A DNA stretch of 64,000 nucleotides from Candidatus Bathyarchaeota archaeon (lineage in GTDB: Archaea; Thermoproteota; Bathyarchaeia; 40CM-2-53-6), in NCBI GenBank assembly GCA_963833125.1, contig CAWHWX010000032.1, forward strand, positions 16,187 through 80,186, given 5' to 3'. Shown in pieces: positions 1 to 10,280 of the stretch. Position numbers and translations under genes: made by a program. Each line of letters opens with the position of its first letter. The first letter of the stretch is position 1. The notes beneath the pieces were generated by a model. It did no database searches, was not told where the DNA came from, and was given only the letters and a program-made list of their open reading frames with translations.

Positions 1-712
1 TGTGCCTGCACCTCGTTGTCTTGGTCGCATACGGTGGGGACGGGCAGTAACGGAATTCTAATCGTTGGGCTCTCCGGTTTTAAGAATGACCCTGCTACCA
101 GTGTTACGTTTGGCCCCAAGTCACTCTCTCGTGTGGGCAATCGCCTGGGTTTTGCTAATGTAAATGTTGAGTTGTGGGATCTCCTTAACCCATCGAGCGC
201 CTGCGCCCCTGCACCCGCTCCTTGCACCGCAACTGTCAGCGTCACCATCACGGGTGGCAATATCTTGGCTGGGGGGTCAGTTTCATACTTTAATGTCGGG
301 GGCACCGGAACCGTTGCCTCAGCCGATGACGGAGGAATCCCAGGAACCACTGGTTCAGTCACGGTGAGCAGCAGTAACTCCGGTGACCTCGTCGTCGATG
401 CGTTTGGGGCATATAACAACGTGGCCACACCCACCGCTTCTCCGGGTTCGAGTCAAAGTCAGCGTTGGAACACAGGACTGGTTCATCCAATCTCAGAGCG
501 CGTTCTTTGTTGGAGGGGGGAGCGACAAACCAGACTCTCCACCCGTAACCATGACCTGGTCATTCGCCACCCCCACCTTTTGGTCGTTGATTGCAGTCCC
601 ACTGACACCCGCCTCACCAATCCCAGAATACCCGCTTGGAGTACCGATACTTGCAATCCTCATGCTAATCGGGTACGGAGTAATTAGACGTAGAGCGATT
701 CACGAAACCTAA
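1..712 (+). CDS. Secreted/surface protein with PEF-CTERM-like (PIPEYPLG) C-terminal anchor; 5' truncated by window edge, frameshift near 490
   Basis: ORF 16..687 (N-part) joined to ORF 383..712 (C-part) ends SPIPEYPLGVPILAILMLIGYGVIRRR; paralogous to 11868..12668 (LSWxHxVGxxSNxxLIV). Confidence 0.8.
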
Positions 713-768
713 ACTCCAGCAAGTTACTGTGGAAATCGACTGCCTTTCGAGGAGGAATCACGTTTTAC

Positions 769-818
769 TCGGACAGTTCGGTTGGGACAAAGTATTTTCG
801 TCCTACAGTTCTGTAGGA
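769..818. repeat. Palindromic box pair flanking a CAAAGTATTTT core, downstream of PEYP gene
   Basis: TCCTACAG-TT-CTGTAGGA at 801-818 and a degenerate copy at 769-787; related boxes at 6904-6921 and 12728-12746. Confidence 0.75.
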
Positions 819-860
819 ATGAAGACACTGGAACGGCTTGGCCTCTAAGGCCCGACGACC

Positions 861-1274
861 TCAACTGAGGTTGTTCTGGGTTCTGCGTCTGATTACGCCG
901 TAGGTGACTACCATGAAGATTGCGAGTATTAGTAGTCCCAAGGGGTATTCAGGTATCGGTGGAGCGGATTGGACTGTGAAGTTCACGCAACTGGGTGAGT
1001 CACCCTCAACGGCTACACTGTATTGGCCCGCCGGTAGACCAGACACAGTCACCGTATACGAGACAATGGTGGTTGTTGACATAGAGACAACTACGGTTCC
1101 CGTACAGCCTGAGCCAGTGAACACCTCAACATTTCCCAGCTTAAGCGGCCCAGTCAATGTGAACGGTTGACCTGCTATAGGGGAGGCAGGGTTGACCATC
1201 AGTGCTAGGACAGGCGTCAAACTGAATAGTGAAACAAAAACAACCAACGCAACCATAAGCCTCCTACTCTGCAA
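861..1274 (-). CDS. Small secreted protein with PIPEYPLG anchor
   Basis: Signal peptide, short Cys-containing beta domain (LPAGQYSV...CVNFTV), PPIPEYPLG-TM-RRR. Confidence 0.85.
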   Translation of the reverse strand: MQSRRLMVALVVFVSLFSLTPVLALMVNPASPIAGQPFTLTGPLKLGNVEVFTGSGCTGTVVVSMSTTTIVSYTVTVSGLPAGQYSVAVEGDSPSCVNFTVQSAPPIPEYPLGLLILAIFMVVTYGVIRRRTQNNLS

Positions 1275-1390
1275 ATCCTACCATCACCGGCTAGCCAGAT
1301 AGCGAGAATGTAGGCTAATTTGCTTTGCGGTCTGTTTTGTCAACTTAGTTTCGAGTTCTACTTCCAAAAAGTAGGTTTTGTTAGGCGCTC

Positions 1391-2301
1391 TTATTGCTGC
1401 TCCATGTCGTGATAGAGTTGGAGCGCCTCGGTCAGCCGCTGGCGCGCTTCAGGGGTGTAAGGCTCGCATTGAAACATGATGTGCTGCACGCCGAGTTCCG
1501 CATAGCCGCGCATTGCCACTGCGATCTCCTGCACCGTACCTGTCAGGGGATTGTCGAAGAAACTCGGTTTCTTTGCTTGGAGATCGGGGAACCAGAGGCC
1601 GATGAGCGCCGTGATGCCAAGCGTCGCCGGGTCGCGCCCGATCTCGCGGCACGCGGCTTCGATTTTGGCGAGCGGCTCGGCCATTGTTTCAGGTTTGCCC
1701 ATATAGCCAGTGTTCCAGAGGTCGGCATACTGTGCGGTCAGCTTGAGCATGCGCGGACCCCTTCGCTTCCCACCATCAACGGCGGCCCTTCTGACCGCGG
1801 ACCGCGCGGCACGATGTCGCAGTTTCGCGCTTGATAATACCGTCCCGCGAAATCGACATGTCCTTCACGCAGCAGCGGCTTGAGGATCTGCAAGGCTTCT
1901 TCGAAGCGGTCCACGCGATGATCGAAGGGCAACCCGAACGCCTGATACTCCGGCTCGTTCCATCCCGCGCCGACACCCAGGATCAAGCGCCCGTGGCTCA
2001 CCTCGTCGGCGGTCGTCGCCATTTTCGCCAGGATCGCCGGATTGCGGAAGGAATTGCACACAACCAGCGTGCCGATCTCCACGCGCTGTGTCGCTTCGGC
2101 CAGCGCCGCCAGCACGATCCAGCATTCCCAAATTCCCCGGGTCGGCTCACCAGGATTGCGATAGAAGAGATGGTCGGGGAGCCAGATGCTATCGAAGCCA
2201 TCCGTTTCCGCTTGTTGTGCGATTTCGCGGATCGTATCATAAGGGCGCTTGCTGTTGTTTTCGCGGTCGTTCGCCAGAAAGACCATCAGCCCAATCTTCA
2301 C
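1391..2301 (-). CDS. LLM-class flavin-dependent oxidoreductase (frameshift near 1755)
   Basis: GFDSIWLPDH, RLILGVGAGW and YADLWN motifs split over ORFs 1738..2361 and 1391..1750; GTG start at 2301 is inferred. Confidence 0.85.
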
Positions 2302-2551
2302 TGCTTGCTCACTCGAACATTCTCTTGCAATATTGGTTATTCTTAACTTGCAGAGGCTCAAAAATCACGTAGAGAACAAAGGTCAGAGACGAAAGTGGAT
2401 GTTTCTTTAGACCTTAAAACTGGTACCTACTCACTGAATATGTCGAAGAGTGCAAGCATATTATTCTTGATGGAGACCAGATGCAATCGTTAAGTTCTCT
2501 AGCTATCTAGTCAGAGAACTAGTAAGTATCGAAAATTCGACTGCCCCTATG

Positions 2552-3472
2552 TTAATCGGTAACTTTGGAGCCCCAGGCTTTAGGTCTGTATTTGCCTTTT
2601 GCCGAGGCTTCGTTCTCCGGCTGCTCCTGGGCTTTCGGTTGCGCTTGTTGTTGAGTTGGTTGCTCATCCTCTGGCGCAGATGCAACAGCTCCGACATGGG
2701 GCGGGGTTTGGAGTTGTGATGGTTTCGGTGTTGAGGGTGGAGAGTTTTTGGCGGCTGCCGTCGTGGAGGTCGGGGTTTGATTTGATTCTTCCCCTTTCGG
2801 TGCGGCTTGAGCGGGTATCTTAGAGTCTGCCGCAGCTGGCTGCGACGTGGCAGCTTGTGGGGCGGGTTTACTTGTAGTCGGCGTAGTCGGCTTCGAAGCA
2901 GTAGACTGTGTAATTGCGTTCCGGTTTTTCAAGTCACTTTCGTAACTCGAGACTCGGCCTGAGAGTTCGCTGAAATTAGAATCAGAACGTTTGGATATTG
3001 CTACTGCAGCGATAATGGCAAGAATGGCTAGAACAACGCTGATAATCGAAACCCATTCCTCTATGTTTGCCTCTTGACTCAAAGCATTATTCGAGGAGCT
3101 TAAGGCGCTCATCTGGCCGCTTATACTTGCTACTTGGATCTGCAAGCTAGCAAATGCATCGGATACATTTGTTGTCTCTCGTGAAACAATTGCGGCGGTG
3201 GCATTCGCAGTACTGTTGGCCAAAGTCGTTGTAGATGAATTAGTGGAGCTCACACTTTGACTAACCGTCGCGTTTGTGACCTGTACTGGTCCGACTAAGT
3301 TCGGCGTGACAAATTGCGAGGAAGCGTGAACACTCTGCGCAAGCAAAACAACGGAAAGGGTCAGCAGAAGAAGCGTGAAGCCTATATTAGGTCTCAACCG
3401 ACAAATCACCCTCAATCCTTTCTGACCAATTCCCATAATGCTAAGTAGAAAAAGTGTTCGGCGTACAAACAA
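2552..3472 (-). CDS. Membrane protein with coiled-coil and low-complexity Pro/Gln/Thr tail
   Basis: Signal peptide-like segment, second TM (WVSIISVVLAILAIIAAVAI), low-complexity C-terminus. Confidence 0.7.
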   Translation of the reverse strand: MFVRRTLFLLSIMGIGQKGLRVICRLRPNIGFTLLLLTLSVVLLAQSVHASSQFVTPNLVGPVQVTNATVSQSVSSTNSSTTTLANSTANATAAIVSRETTNVSDAFASLQIQVASISGQMSALSSSNNALSQEANIEEWVSIISVVLAILAIIAAVAISKRSDSNFSELSGRVSSYESDLKNRNAITQSTASKPTTPTTSKPAPQAATSQPAAADSKIPAQAAPKGEESNQTPTSTTAAAKNSPPSTPKPSQLQTPPHVGAVASAPEDEQPTQQQAQPKAQEQPENEASAKGKYRPKAWGSKVTD

Positions 3473-3615
3473 AATATTGCAGAATAATATTGAAAGCTTC
3501 TACATACCAGTTTAACTCTTCTGTGTGTGTACGCACTATGAGCCCCCTCACACACTCCTAATGTGACAGGCGGCAAATTTTTAACATCGAGCTTAGTATT
3601 TTCGGGACGATTCTA

Positions 3616-3919
3616 ATGTTGTATCTTGTGTCTGGAGAATTTATCGAGGGTTCAGTAACCTCTGAAACGTTTCCACAAGTCTGGGATCAAGTGCATTCGT
3701 CCTAGCCTTGAATCTCTCGCCAAAATGGCTGACGAGAAGAAACTCACAGGTGGCATCTTAGCAGGCCAAAGAGCAGGTGCATTCGTTATTGATGCTCAGT
3801 CAAACGAAGAAGTTGGCACCATATTGGCTGGCCTTCCCTTTTGGGGTTTAGTCAAGTGGGATGTAAAACCGTTGCAATCGATTCGCAGTGCGATTGAATG
3901 CGTTATCGCAAAGCAGTAG
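3616..3919 (+). CDS. Small muconolactone-isomerase-like/dimeric alpha-beta barrel protein (frameshift near 3695)
   Basis: ATG at 3616 (MLYLVSGEFIE) joins ORF 3725..3919 containing SNEEVGTILAGLPFWGLVKWDVKPL. Confidence 0.5.
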
Positions 3920-3929
3920 AACGCTTGAA

Positions 3930-4125
3930 AGCCTCTCGTTGAAAACGAGCTAGCGCCTTCTGAGAAGGCCCCCGGCAGTAATGGCGTGAACGGATTCAGC
4001 ATCAAGATTGTGATGGAGTAGGAACTTCTAGGCTTCCTTGATGATGGGAATTAGTTCATCAGTTAGCCAACGGAAAGCTGCTAGTACGCAAACCAGTTCA
4101 AGTTCCCGTGAAAACCGACAGATAA
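3930..4125 (+). pseudogene. Gene-tail relic resembling the C-terminus of archaeal tyrosine integrases
   Basis: Reads KIVME*ELLGFLDDG/ELVHQLANGKLLVRK with a stop and a 4-nt deletion; second copy at 11621-11725; family assignment from memory only. Confidence 0.45.
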
Positions 4126-4300
4126 CTGTAACTCTATGGTCGATAGTTCAGAAAATCAAATTCACATCGTTCGGCGAGCATTGCTGTTCCAATTCGAAGC
4201 TAATGGCGAACGGAAATAAGTCATATTAGGTGCAGGCATCAAGCTCTGCGTTAAGGTTCGTGTCCTTGAAACGGGTGACGATTGGGTTTGGCTTACTAGT
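4025..4300 (+). repeat. Conserved 5' module of PEYP genes (relic tail, promoter, signal-peptide start)
   Basis: Similar to 11621-11900 and partly to 5947-6070; shared CATTGCTGTTCC, AT-rich box and GGTTCGT..TTGA(A/G)ACG. Confidence 0.85.
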
Positions 4301-5051
4301 AGTTATGTTCATGTTTCTGGTCGTTTACGTACCGTTGCCTGTTCACGCCGCATCTACCCTAGTCCAACAGAAAGAAGGTGATTGCGCCTCCTGCACAACG
4401 CTTCCGATAACTTTCCCAAGCAACGTTGCAAGCGGAGACGTAATCGTAGTAACGATGCTTGTCGACCCTTCGTTGACATCTATCACTGATTCGTTGCTTT
4501 CAACCTTCACTCAAGCCGTATCATTCAACTGTGATGGCGGTAGCACAATTTGCTACATCTACTACGCAACGCTTGCATCAAGTGGGGCTGATACAATCAC
4601 AATTACCATCCCAGGTACCCACATCGTCATTGAAGCGTATATTTACGAGGTTTCAGGCGTAGCCACGCCGCCAACCGTGACATCCGTCAACACTGGGACG
4701 GGTACTTCCGTTTCCACGGCCCCCACCGCTTTCCAAAGCGGAGCTTTCCTCCTTGGAACACTCGTCTGTTCTTTAGGGACATGTACGGTTACGAGCCCTT
4801 TCACTCAATCCCTTAGTGGAGGAAGCCTCTTTCTGTTTGAGGAATATGCCACCTCTGGCGTATCTTCTCCGACAACTTTCCCAGCGACTTTTACTCCATC
4901 CATCGAGGGTGCTCAATGGAATGATGTTGGGTTAGTCCTCAACCCCGCACCATCCCAACCAATCCCAGAGTATCCACTCGGCCTACCAATCCTAGCAATC
5001 CTCACGATACTCGCATACGGCGTAATCAGACGGAAAACTGTCACGAAATAA
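4266..5051 (+). CDS. Secreted/surface protein with PIPEYPLG anchor
   Basis: Signal peptide LKRVTIGFGLL...PVHA, Ser/Thr-rich beta domain, QPIPEYPLG-TM-RRK; paralogous to 6038..6865. Confidence 0.85.
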   Translation: MKRVTIGFGLLVVMFMFLVVYVPLPVHAASTLVQQKEGDCASCTTLPITFPSNVASGDVIVVTMLVDPSLTSITDSLLSTFTQAVSFNCDGGSTICYIYYATLASSGADTITITIPGTHIVIEAYIYEVSGVATPPTVTSVNTGTGTSVSTAPTAFQSGAFLLGTLVCSLGTCTVTSPFTQSLSGGSLFLFEEYATSGVSSPTTFPATFTPSIEGAQWNDVGLVLNPAPSQPIPEYPLGLPILAILTILAYGVIRRKTVTK

Positions 5052-5085
5052 GATTAAGAACGCATTCAATCGCCCGCAAAGTATT
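4958..5085 (+). repeat. 128-bp direct repeat, copy 1 (anchor-coding segment plus 3' flank)
   Basis: Matches 6772-6899 with one mismatch by eye. Confidence 0.95.
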
Positions 5086-5274
5086 GTGGTGTAGTATTTT
5101 CGTTCGGTTCTTTGGGTATGTACGGATAAGATGGTTTAGCCCGCTTCATATTTGAACTCCTACGAATCCGAAACGAATCATCTACTTGAGAAAAGGTAAA
5201 GAAAGTACTGACCCAAGGCTGATGCCTCATCATAGACTACAAGGGACTGGCTTACGGGTTCGCGCTCGAAGCCG

Positions 5275-5898
5275 TCAAGCCCCAGTCTCCTTTATGGCGC
5301 GTGCGCTTACAATCATAGTAGATCGGGTCGTTCGTTTCCAGGAAATGTCTCTGAACTCAGCCTCCTCCAGTAGTCTACGCATCTCGCTTTCTGAGTAAAG
5401 ATGTACGTCACCTCCGTGCCCAAATGGCGTGAAGAAGTTGACTAGCCTATTCAACAGGGATGGGGGACACATCTCGCCGATAATTACTCGCCCCCTGTTC
5501 TTCAATACGCGGCGTACTTCCCTCAAAACCGTCACTGGGTGCTCGTAGTGGTGGAATGAGAGATTGATAGTGACAGCCTCGAACGAATCGTTCGACCACG
5601 GTAACCTCTCGGAGTCACCAACACGAAGATCCACATCTGCACCCAGCTTCTCCCGAGCTTTGCTCATCATCTCCGGTGAGAAGTCTAAACCGGCTATTCT
5701 AACTCCGCTATCCAAACTTGAAAGCAAGGTTCCCGTGCCACATCCCACATCTAGAACCGACGTAACTGGTTCGAGTTTCAATTCAGCTAAAATGAATGGA
5801 TGTGTCCGCCTCGTCCAGTCGCTAGACTTCGAGTCATATGTGGATGCGGCTTCGTTGAATTTTCGAAGTGACTCTTGTTTGCGTTGACTTGACATCAA
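5275..5898 (-). CDS. Class I SAM-dependent methyltransferase (UbiE-like)
   Basis: VLDVGCGTG, GLDFSPEM, SFHHY and RVLKNRG motifs. Confidence 0.9.
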   Translation of the reverse strand: MMSSQRKQESLRKFNEAASTYDSKSSDWTRRTHPFILAELKLEPVTSVLDVGCGTGTLLSSLDSGVRIAGLDFSPEMMSKAREKLGADVDLRVGDSERLPWSNDSFEAVTINLSFHHYEHPVTVLREVRRVLKNRGRVIIGEMCPPSLLNRLVNFFTPFGHGGDVHLYSESEMRRLLEEAEFRDISWKRTTRSTMIVSARAIKETGA

Positions 5899-6037
5899 TT
5901 TTTTCTTTCTCTTGCTTGAGTTCGTGGAGTGCCTAGTTGAAAACTAACATTGCTGTTCCGAATCGTAATCTGATATCGAAAGCCGAATGAGGTCTTATTA
6001 AGTTCAGACACAGTGACTTGCGCTTGGGTTCGTGTTT

Positions 6038-6865
6038 ATGAGACGTGTGACGGCTGCGTTTGGATTACTTGTGGTTCTGTTCACATTCCTATTGGTTTTG
6101 GTGCCGTTGCCTGTTGACGCCTCAGCAACCCTAATCCAAGAGAACAACAATGGCATATCAATAACCTCAAGTTCCGCAGTCGTCACGGTTACCTTGAGCA
6201 GCGTTACCAGCGGAAATGTACTAGTCGTAGGCTTAGAAATTGGCGAACTTTCTTCGATTGCGTCGCCTGTCACCGACTCCTTAGGTTCAGTTTTCACTCC
6301 AGCAGTAACGACAATCACCCCTAGCGGCCCAAACGTGGCTATCTGGGAGGCAACGCTTTCTTCCAGCGGGGCAGATACAGTCCGGGTTGCTCAAATCTGT
6401 CCAAGCTGCGGACCAGGTAGCTTCGTACTGGAATTCGACGTCTTCGTGTATGAGGTGGCGGGAGTAACGGCCATGGGTCTCGCGACAGGCACCGGTATAG
6501 ATACTTTAGGTCACGGTCCTATCTTTACGTCCTCCGTCAGCTTCCAACCGGGAGCTTTTCTGTTTGGAATGATATCGGGTCAGGGAGAGATAGGGGCTGG
6601 GGCTGGGTTTACCCTCTCCACCGAAAAGTCAATTCTTGGGGTTTCCAATGGTCAGTGGTCCGACCCTGTGTCTTCGCCTACAACTTTTCCGGCACACCTT
6701 TTCTCCCCCGCCCCTGATTGCGTACCTTGCTGGGTTGAGGCTGGTGTAGCCCTCAACCCTGCACCAACCCCACCAATCCCAGAGTATCCACTTGGCCTAC
6801 CAATCCTAGCAATCCTCACGATACTCGCATACGGCGTAATCAGACGGAAAACTGTCACGAAATAA
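6038..6865 (+). CDS. Secreted/surface protein with PIPEYPLG anchor
   Basis: Signal peptide MRRVTAAFGLL, TLSSSGADT/YEVAGV domain, PPIPEYPLG-TM-RRK. Confidence 0.85.
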   Translation: MRRVTAAFGLLVVLFTFLLVLVPLPVDASATLIQENNNGISITSSSAVVTVTLSSVTSGNVLVVGLEIGELSSIASPVTDSLGSVFTPAVTTITPSGPNVAIWEATLSSSGADTVRVAQICPSCGPGSFVLEFDVFVYEVAGVTAMGLATGTGIDTLGHGPIFTSSVSFQPGAFLFGMISGQGEIGAGAGFTLSTEKSILGVSNGQWSDPVSSPTTFPAHLFSPAPDCVPCWVEAGVALNPAPTPPIPEYPLGLPILAILTILAYGVIRRKTVTK

Positions 6866-6899
6866 GATTAAGAACGCATTCAATCGCCCGCAAAGTATT
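6772..6899 (+). repeat. 128-bp direct repeat, copy 2
   Basis: Matches 4958-5085. Confidence 0.95.
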
Positions 6900-7037
6900 T
6901 TCGTCCTATGATTCTGTAGGACTAAAGCTCATTTTGGTTTGAAGACTTTACTTTGTCGACGGTTTGTTATCAGAGTCTAGATTTGTTGTGACCTCAGACT
7001 AATCTAGTATACCCAGAGTTAAATCGTGGCCCAGAAA

Positions 7038-7085
7038 ATGAGTTCAAATCCTGTTGCTCGCACCATTAGACCCTCACACACACAA
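7038..7085 (+). repeat. Degenerate tRNA(Leu-like) 3' end / att-like relic
   Basis: ATGAG-TTCAAAT-CCTGT-TGCTCGC-A-CCA is in tRNA T-arm/acceptor register, followed by TTAGACCCTCACACAC. Confidence 0.6.
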
Positions 7086-7233
7086 AATTACATGAACGAC
7101 AACGGACGACGATTCAAATCGCTAGATTCGCACCAACTCACTCAGACGGACTATACGATACTTGAAAATGCCATATTTCTCATAGCGACTAAGCATCCTA
7201 AATGACTCAAGTCTTAAAGCGACCAGGCGGGCT

Positions 7234-7602
7234 TTACTGGCTTGTCTTCGTGATTCTCTCCAACACCGCTTTCTTGATCTCGTCTTCGTCAAGCTCCACG
7301 GCAACCTTGTCGATTTCTAATTTGGTTACTTGGGCTTCCTTCGTGTTAAGTTTCTTGAGCAGCCAATCGACGATAAGACTCGCCCCAACTCTTTCAGTGA
7401 TATCTTCGGCTACGATCAACGTTATCTGAACCATTTCAGCAAGTCCGAAAGCTGTTCTAATTTTAGCGCCGTCGTACCTAACAGCCAAGTCACTTGTCAA
7501 TTGCTTCCGCGTACCTAGACTTCCCCTACTCTCTCCAAGTAAATCGTAGATCAGTTGATGGTTTAGCGTGTAGATTGTAACTGGAATCTCCAAGAAAATC
7601 AA
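7234..7602 (-). CDS. Hypothetical protein
   Basis: 122-aa ORF with protein-like composition lying between two att-like relics. Confidence 0.55.
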   Translation of the reverse strand: MIFLEIPVTIYTLNHQLIYDLLGESRGSLGTRKQLTSDLAVRYDGAKIRTAFGLAEMVQITLIVAEDITERVGASLIVDWLLKKLNTKEAQVTKLEIDKVAVELDEDEIKKAVLERITKTSQ

Positions 7603-7671
7603 CTTCAGTCGCTGTAACCACTCCGCTAAATATGGGTTAACCGGAAGTCGGTATCAAAACGCCTCTAAAAG

Positions 7672-7720
7672 GACGGTTCGATTTCCGATGCTCGCACCAT
7701 TGATACCACACACACGAAAA
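7672..7720 (+). repeat. Degenerate tRNA(Leu-like) 3' end / att-like relic
   Basis: GACGG-TTCGATT-TCCGA-TGCTCGC-A-CCA followed by TTGATACCACACACAC; same register as the 7038 copy. Confidence 0.6.
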
Positions 7721-7900
7721 GTAATCCGGGATCCTTCTCCTTCTGTCCGGATTCTCTCCTTACCGACCGTAAGTCGGTTGATGGGGAAACCGCCCATACG
7801 ATGACACCTAGCAGCTTTTACGGCAACCTGAGACACAAATTCACATGCTTATTCTATTCCAGTTGGACTAAGTAATTTAGGCAAGCAACCCAACGAGGCT

Positions 7901-8173
7901 ATGATTTTGATGACGACAGGTTTTGATAAGTTCGATAACAGAATCCATGACTTGGTTGAACGGGAAAATGAGTGTGACGACCTGTTCGAAGAAATTAAGA
8001 ATGGCAACGGAGAAAACTCTCTGCGCTATCTTGCACTGAGAGATGCTTGCAAAGAGTTGAGAAAGGGCATTTTCAGAAGCGCCATGTCGACAGGATTAAC
8101 GAGGGAAAGCATCAACATGGAGATCAAGAAAGTAAGACGCGTGACGATCGGTACTCACGCGAAGCAGACGTAG
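7901..8173 (+). CDS. Hypothetical helical protein
   Basis: 90-aa ATG-start ORF, charged helical composition. Confidence 0.5.
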   Translation: MILMTTGFDKFDNRIHDLVERENECDDLFEEIKNGNGENSLRYLALRDACKELRKGIFRSAMSTGLTRESINMEIKKVRRVTIGTHAKQT

Positions 8174-8557
8174 AAAGAATCAGCAGAATCAACCGATTTC
8201 TTACAACAGGACCAGTATGTCAATCAACCTACAACTTGACAGAACCGGCCCTAACTTAATACAATCTGTTTTACGGTCATGATCGCTTACGTTGAATAAC
8301 GAGTGCCGCCGAATTAGTGGTAGTGTGGCCTATGAGTGCACAAAGACAAGCCAAAGTCGACAGACGCAAAGGCAACCGAAGACGAAAGAAAACTCGGTCC
8401 TTGGAAGAAGAAGAGGAAAAGCGGCGTCAATAACCGGAATGCCGCAATGTTGCAACACTCGCCCTAGACGTCCCGTTCCCGCAACAGAACCGAATTGGTG
8501 TCTTCAAAGAGGGCTTATATGTGGTGAGGCTTCAGGCGTTTATCAAGGGTTTTTGGA

Positions 8558-9145
8558 GTGGCATCTCGTGTCGGAAGGAGAGCGTTCATCAATATCGAGA
8601 ACGTGGTCGCGACGGGTGCTCTCCATCAGAATATTGATTTGAACTCTATAGTACGCGTATTCCCTGGCGTCGAATATAGACCAGAGCAATTTCCCGGCTT
8701 AGTATATCGATTGAAGAAACCAAAGACCACCACCTTGATCTTCAGCTCGGGTAAAATGGTCTGTACTGGGGCGAAGTCGGAGCGACAGGCTCGTAAAGCC
8801 GTCATGAAGGTTGTGGACGAGCTCAACCGTAACGGGATCGTCATTCTGAGTAAGCCTGAGATTCAGATTCAGAACATAGTTGCGTCGGCAGGTTTAGGCG
8901 GTCATATAGATTTGGAAAAGGCAACCTACTCACTGAAACGCACCATGTATGAACCCGAACAGTTCCCTGGCCTTATCTACAGAATGGACGACCCCAAAGT
9001 AGTCATACTAATCTTCACAAGCGGAAAGCTCGTTTGTACTGGCGCCAAGAAAGAGACGGAGGTTCACAGAGCTATCTCAAAACTTCAAGAAACGCTTGAA
9101 GAGAAGACACTGATAACCTACGAATCAGCGATAGATGACCGATAA
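8558..9145 (+). CDS. tbp: TATA-box binding protein
   Basis: Two repeats: IENVVAT...YRPEQFPGLVYR...LIFSSGKMVCTGAK and IQNIVAS...YEPEQFPGLIYR...LIFTSGKLVCTGAK. Confidence 0.98.
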   Translation: MASRVGRRAFINIENVVATGALHQNIDLNSIVRVFPGVEYRPEQFPGLVYRLKKPKTTTLIFSSGKMVCTGAKSERQARKAVMKVVDELNRNGIVILSKPEIQIQNIVASAGLGGHIDLEKATYSLKRTMYEPEQFPGLIYRMDDPKVVILIFTSGKLVCTGAKKETEVHRAISKLQETLEEKTLITYESAIDDR

Positions 9146-9217
9146 ACGGAATAATCAAGCGCTTTTCGTTTGGAAGTTTGATTTTCTGCTGCTGAAGGAG
9201 CGAACGTAACATCGTCC

Positions 9218-9232
9218 CGCACCATTAGACCC
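9218..9232 (+). repeat. CGCACCATTAGACCC direct repeat (att-like relic)
   Basis: Identical 15-mer at 7059-7073. Confidence 0.6.
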
Positions 9233-9259
9233 GACGACGAATCGGGACGGAGATATTCT

Positions 9260-10110
9260 TTAGGTGTTCTTCGGTGTCTTGGTTCTGCGTCGAATCAACT
9301 CATACGCGACCAACATGAAGATAGCGAGTACTGGTAGCCCGAGGGGGTATTCTGGTATGGGCTGTGCCTGAGCGGGTCCGCCGGGGTCATTTACGGTGCC
9401 CGACCCGTCGGCTGTGAAACTTAAGGTGATCACCGTTCGGGTTGAATCCAACGTTGTTGGATACTGACTCCATGCCCCGCTTTGAAGTTTGTAATACGCG
9501 AAGCTGCCAGCCGGAAAAGGCACTGGTAAAGTTATAGTTACAGTAATCACCTGGGCAGGCGACAGATTCACAACCGTGAACGAAAACAAACCATCAGGAA
9601 AACTCAAGCCGCCCGGCGGCGATGGAGTCACGCTCCCAACCGGCAGTGCAGTTAGACTGGAGAATACTCCGGCAGACGCCGTGAATGCCGCATCACCAAG
9701 CCCCGTCGCCGTCGCTACGCTCTCGCTAGCGGCAGCAGAAACATCGAAGTTGATGCATTGGAAAGGAACGGGAGGGAAGTCATCGGACGCGCTGTATTGA
9801 CCCGATGGCAACTCGAAGGTTACCATGTAGGGTCCGAGGATTGTGGTCTGATAAACTATGAATGATGTCGGGTTGCAGCCATAACTCTGGAATACCTTAA
9901 ACGTCCCGCTTTGAGGAGCGGGGCCATCCCCTTTGAATATGATTGGTTCATCGGGCGAGCACGCATTGGGTCCCGTGCCTGCCGGGTGAGATGGGTTAGT
10001 ACAGTGCGCTTGATTGATCACTGCTCTCGCGGACCCAGCATTAATCAAAAGGAAGAAGGAGGAGATCGTTAGGATCAAGACGATCATAACACGCCTCAAG
10101 TCAAGACCCA
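9260..10110 (-). CDS. Secreted protein: N-domain like 861..1274, choice-of-anchor-U-like domain, PIPEYPLG anchor
   Basis: FPDGLFSFTV...VTITLP...YYK...DPGGP and QPIPEYPLG-TM-RRR; start approximate, placed at signal peptide LRRVMIVLILTISSFFLL. Confidence 0.8.
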
Positions 10111-10280
10111 GAAGCAATGTTATTGTGCGATTGTATTGCTTTAAGGTTCTTGTGCGATGAAACGATAAGCTAGTTCTCAGGTTCGCCTTTCGGTCCAAGT
10201 CAGTTAATTCTACTACTTCGTGAGTCTTACAAGTATGGTAGGCCGTCATCTGCATCCTTAATGAAACGTTTGAAATAACT

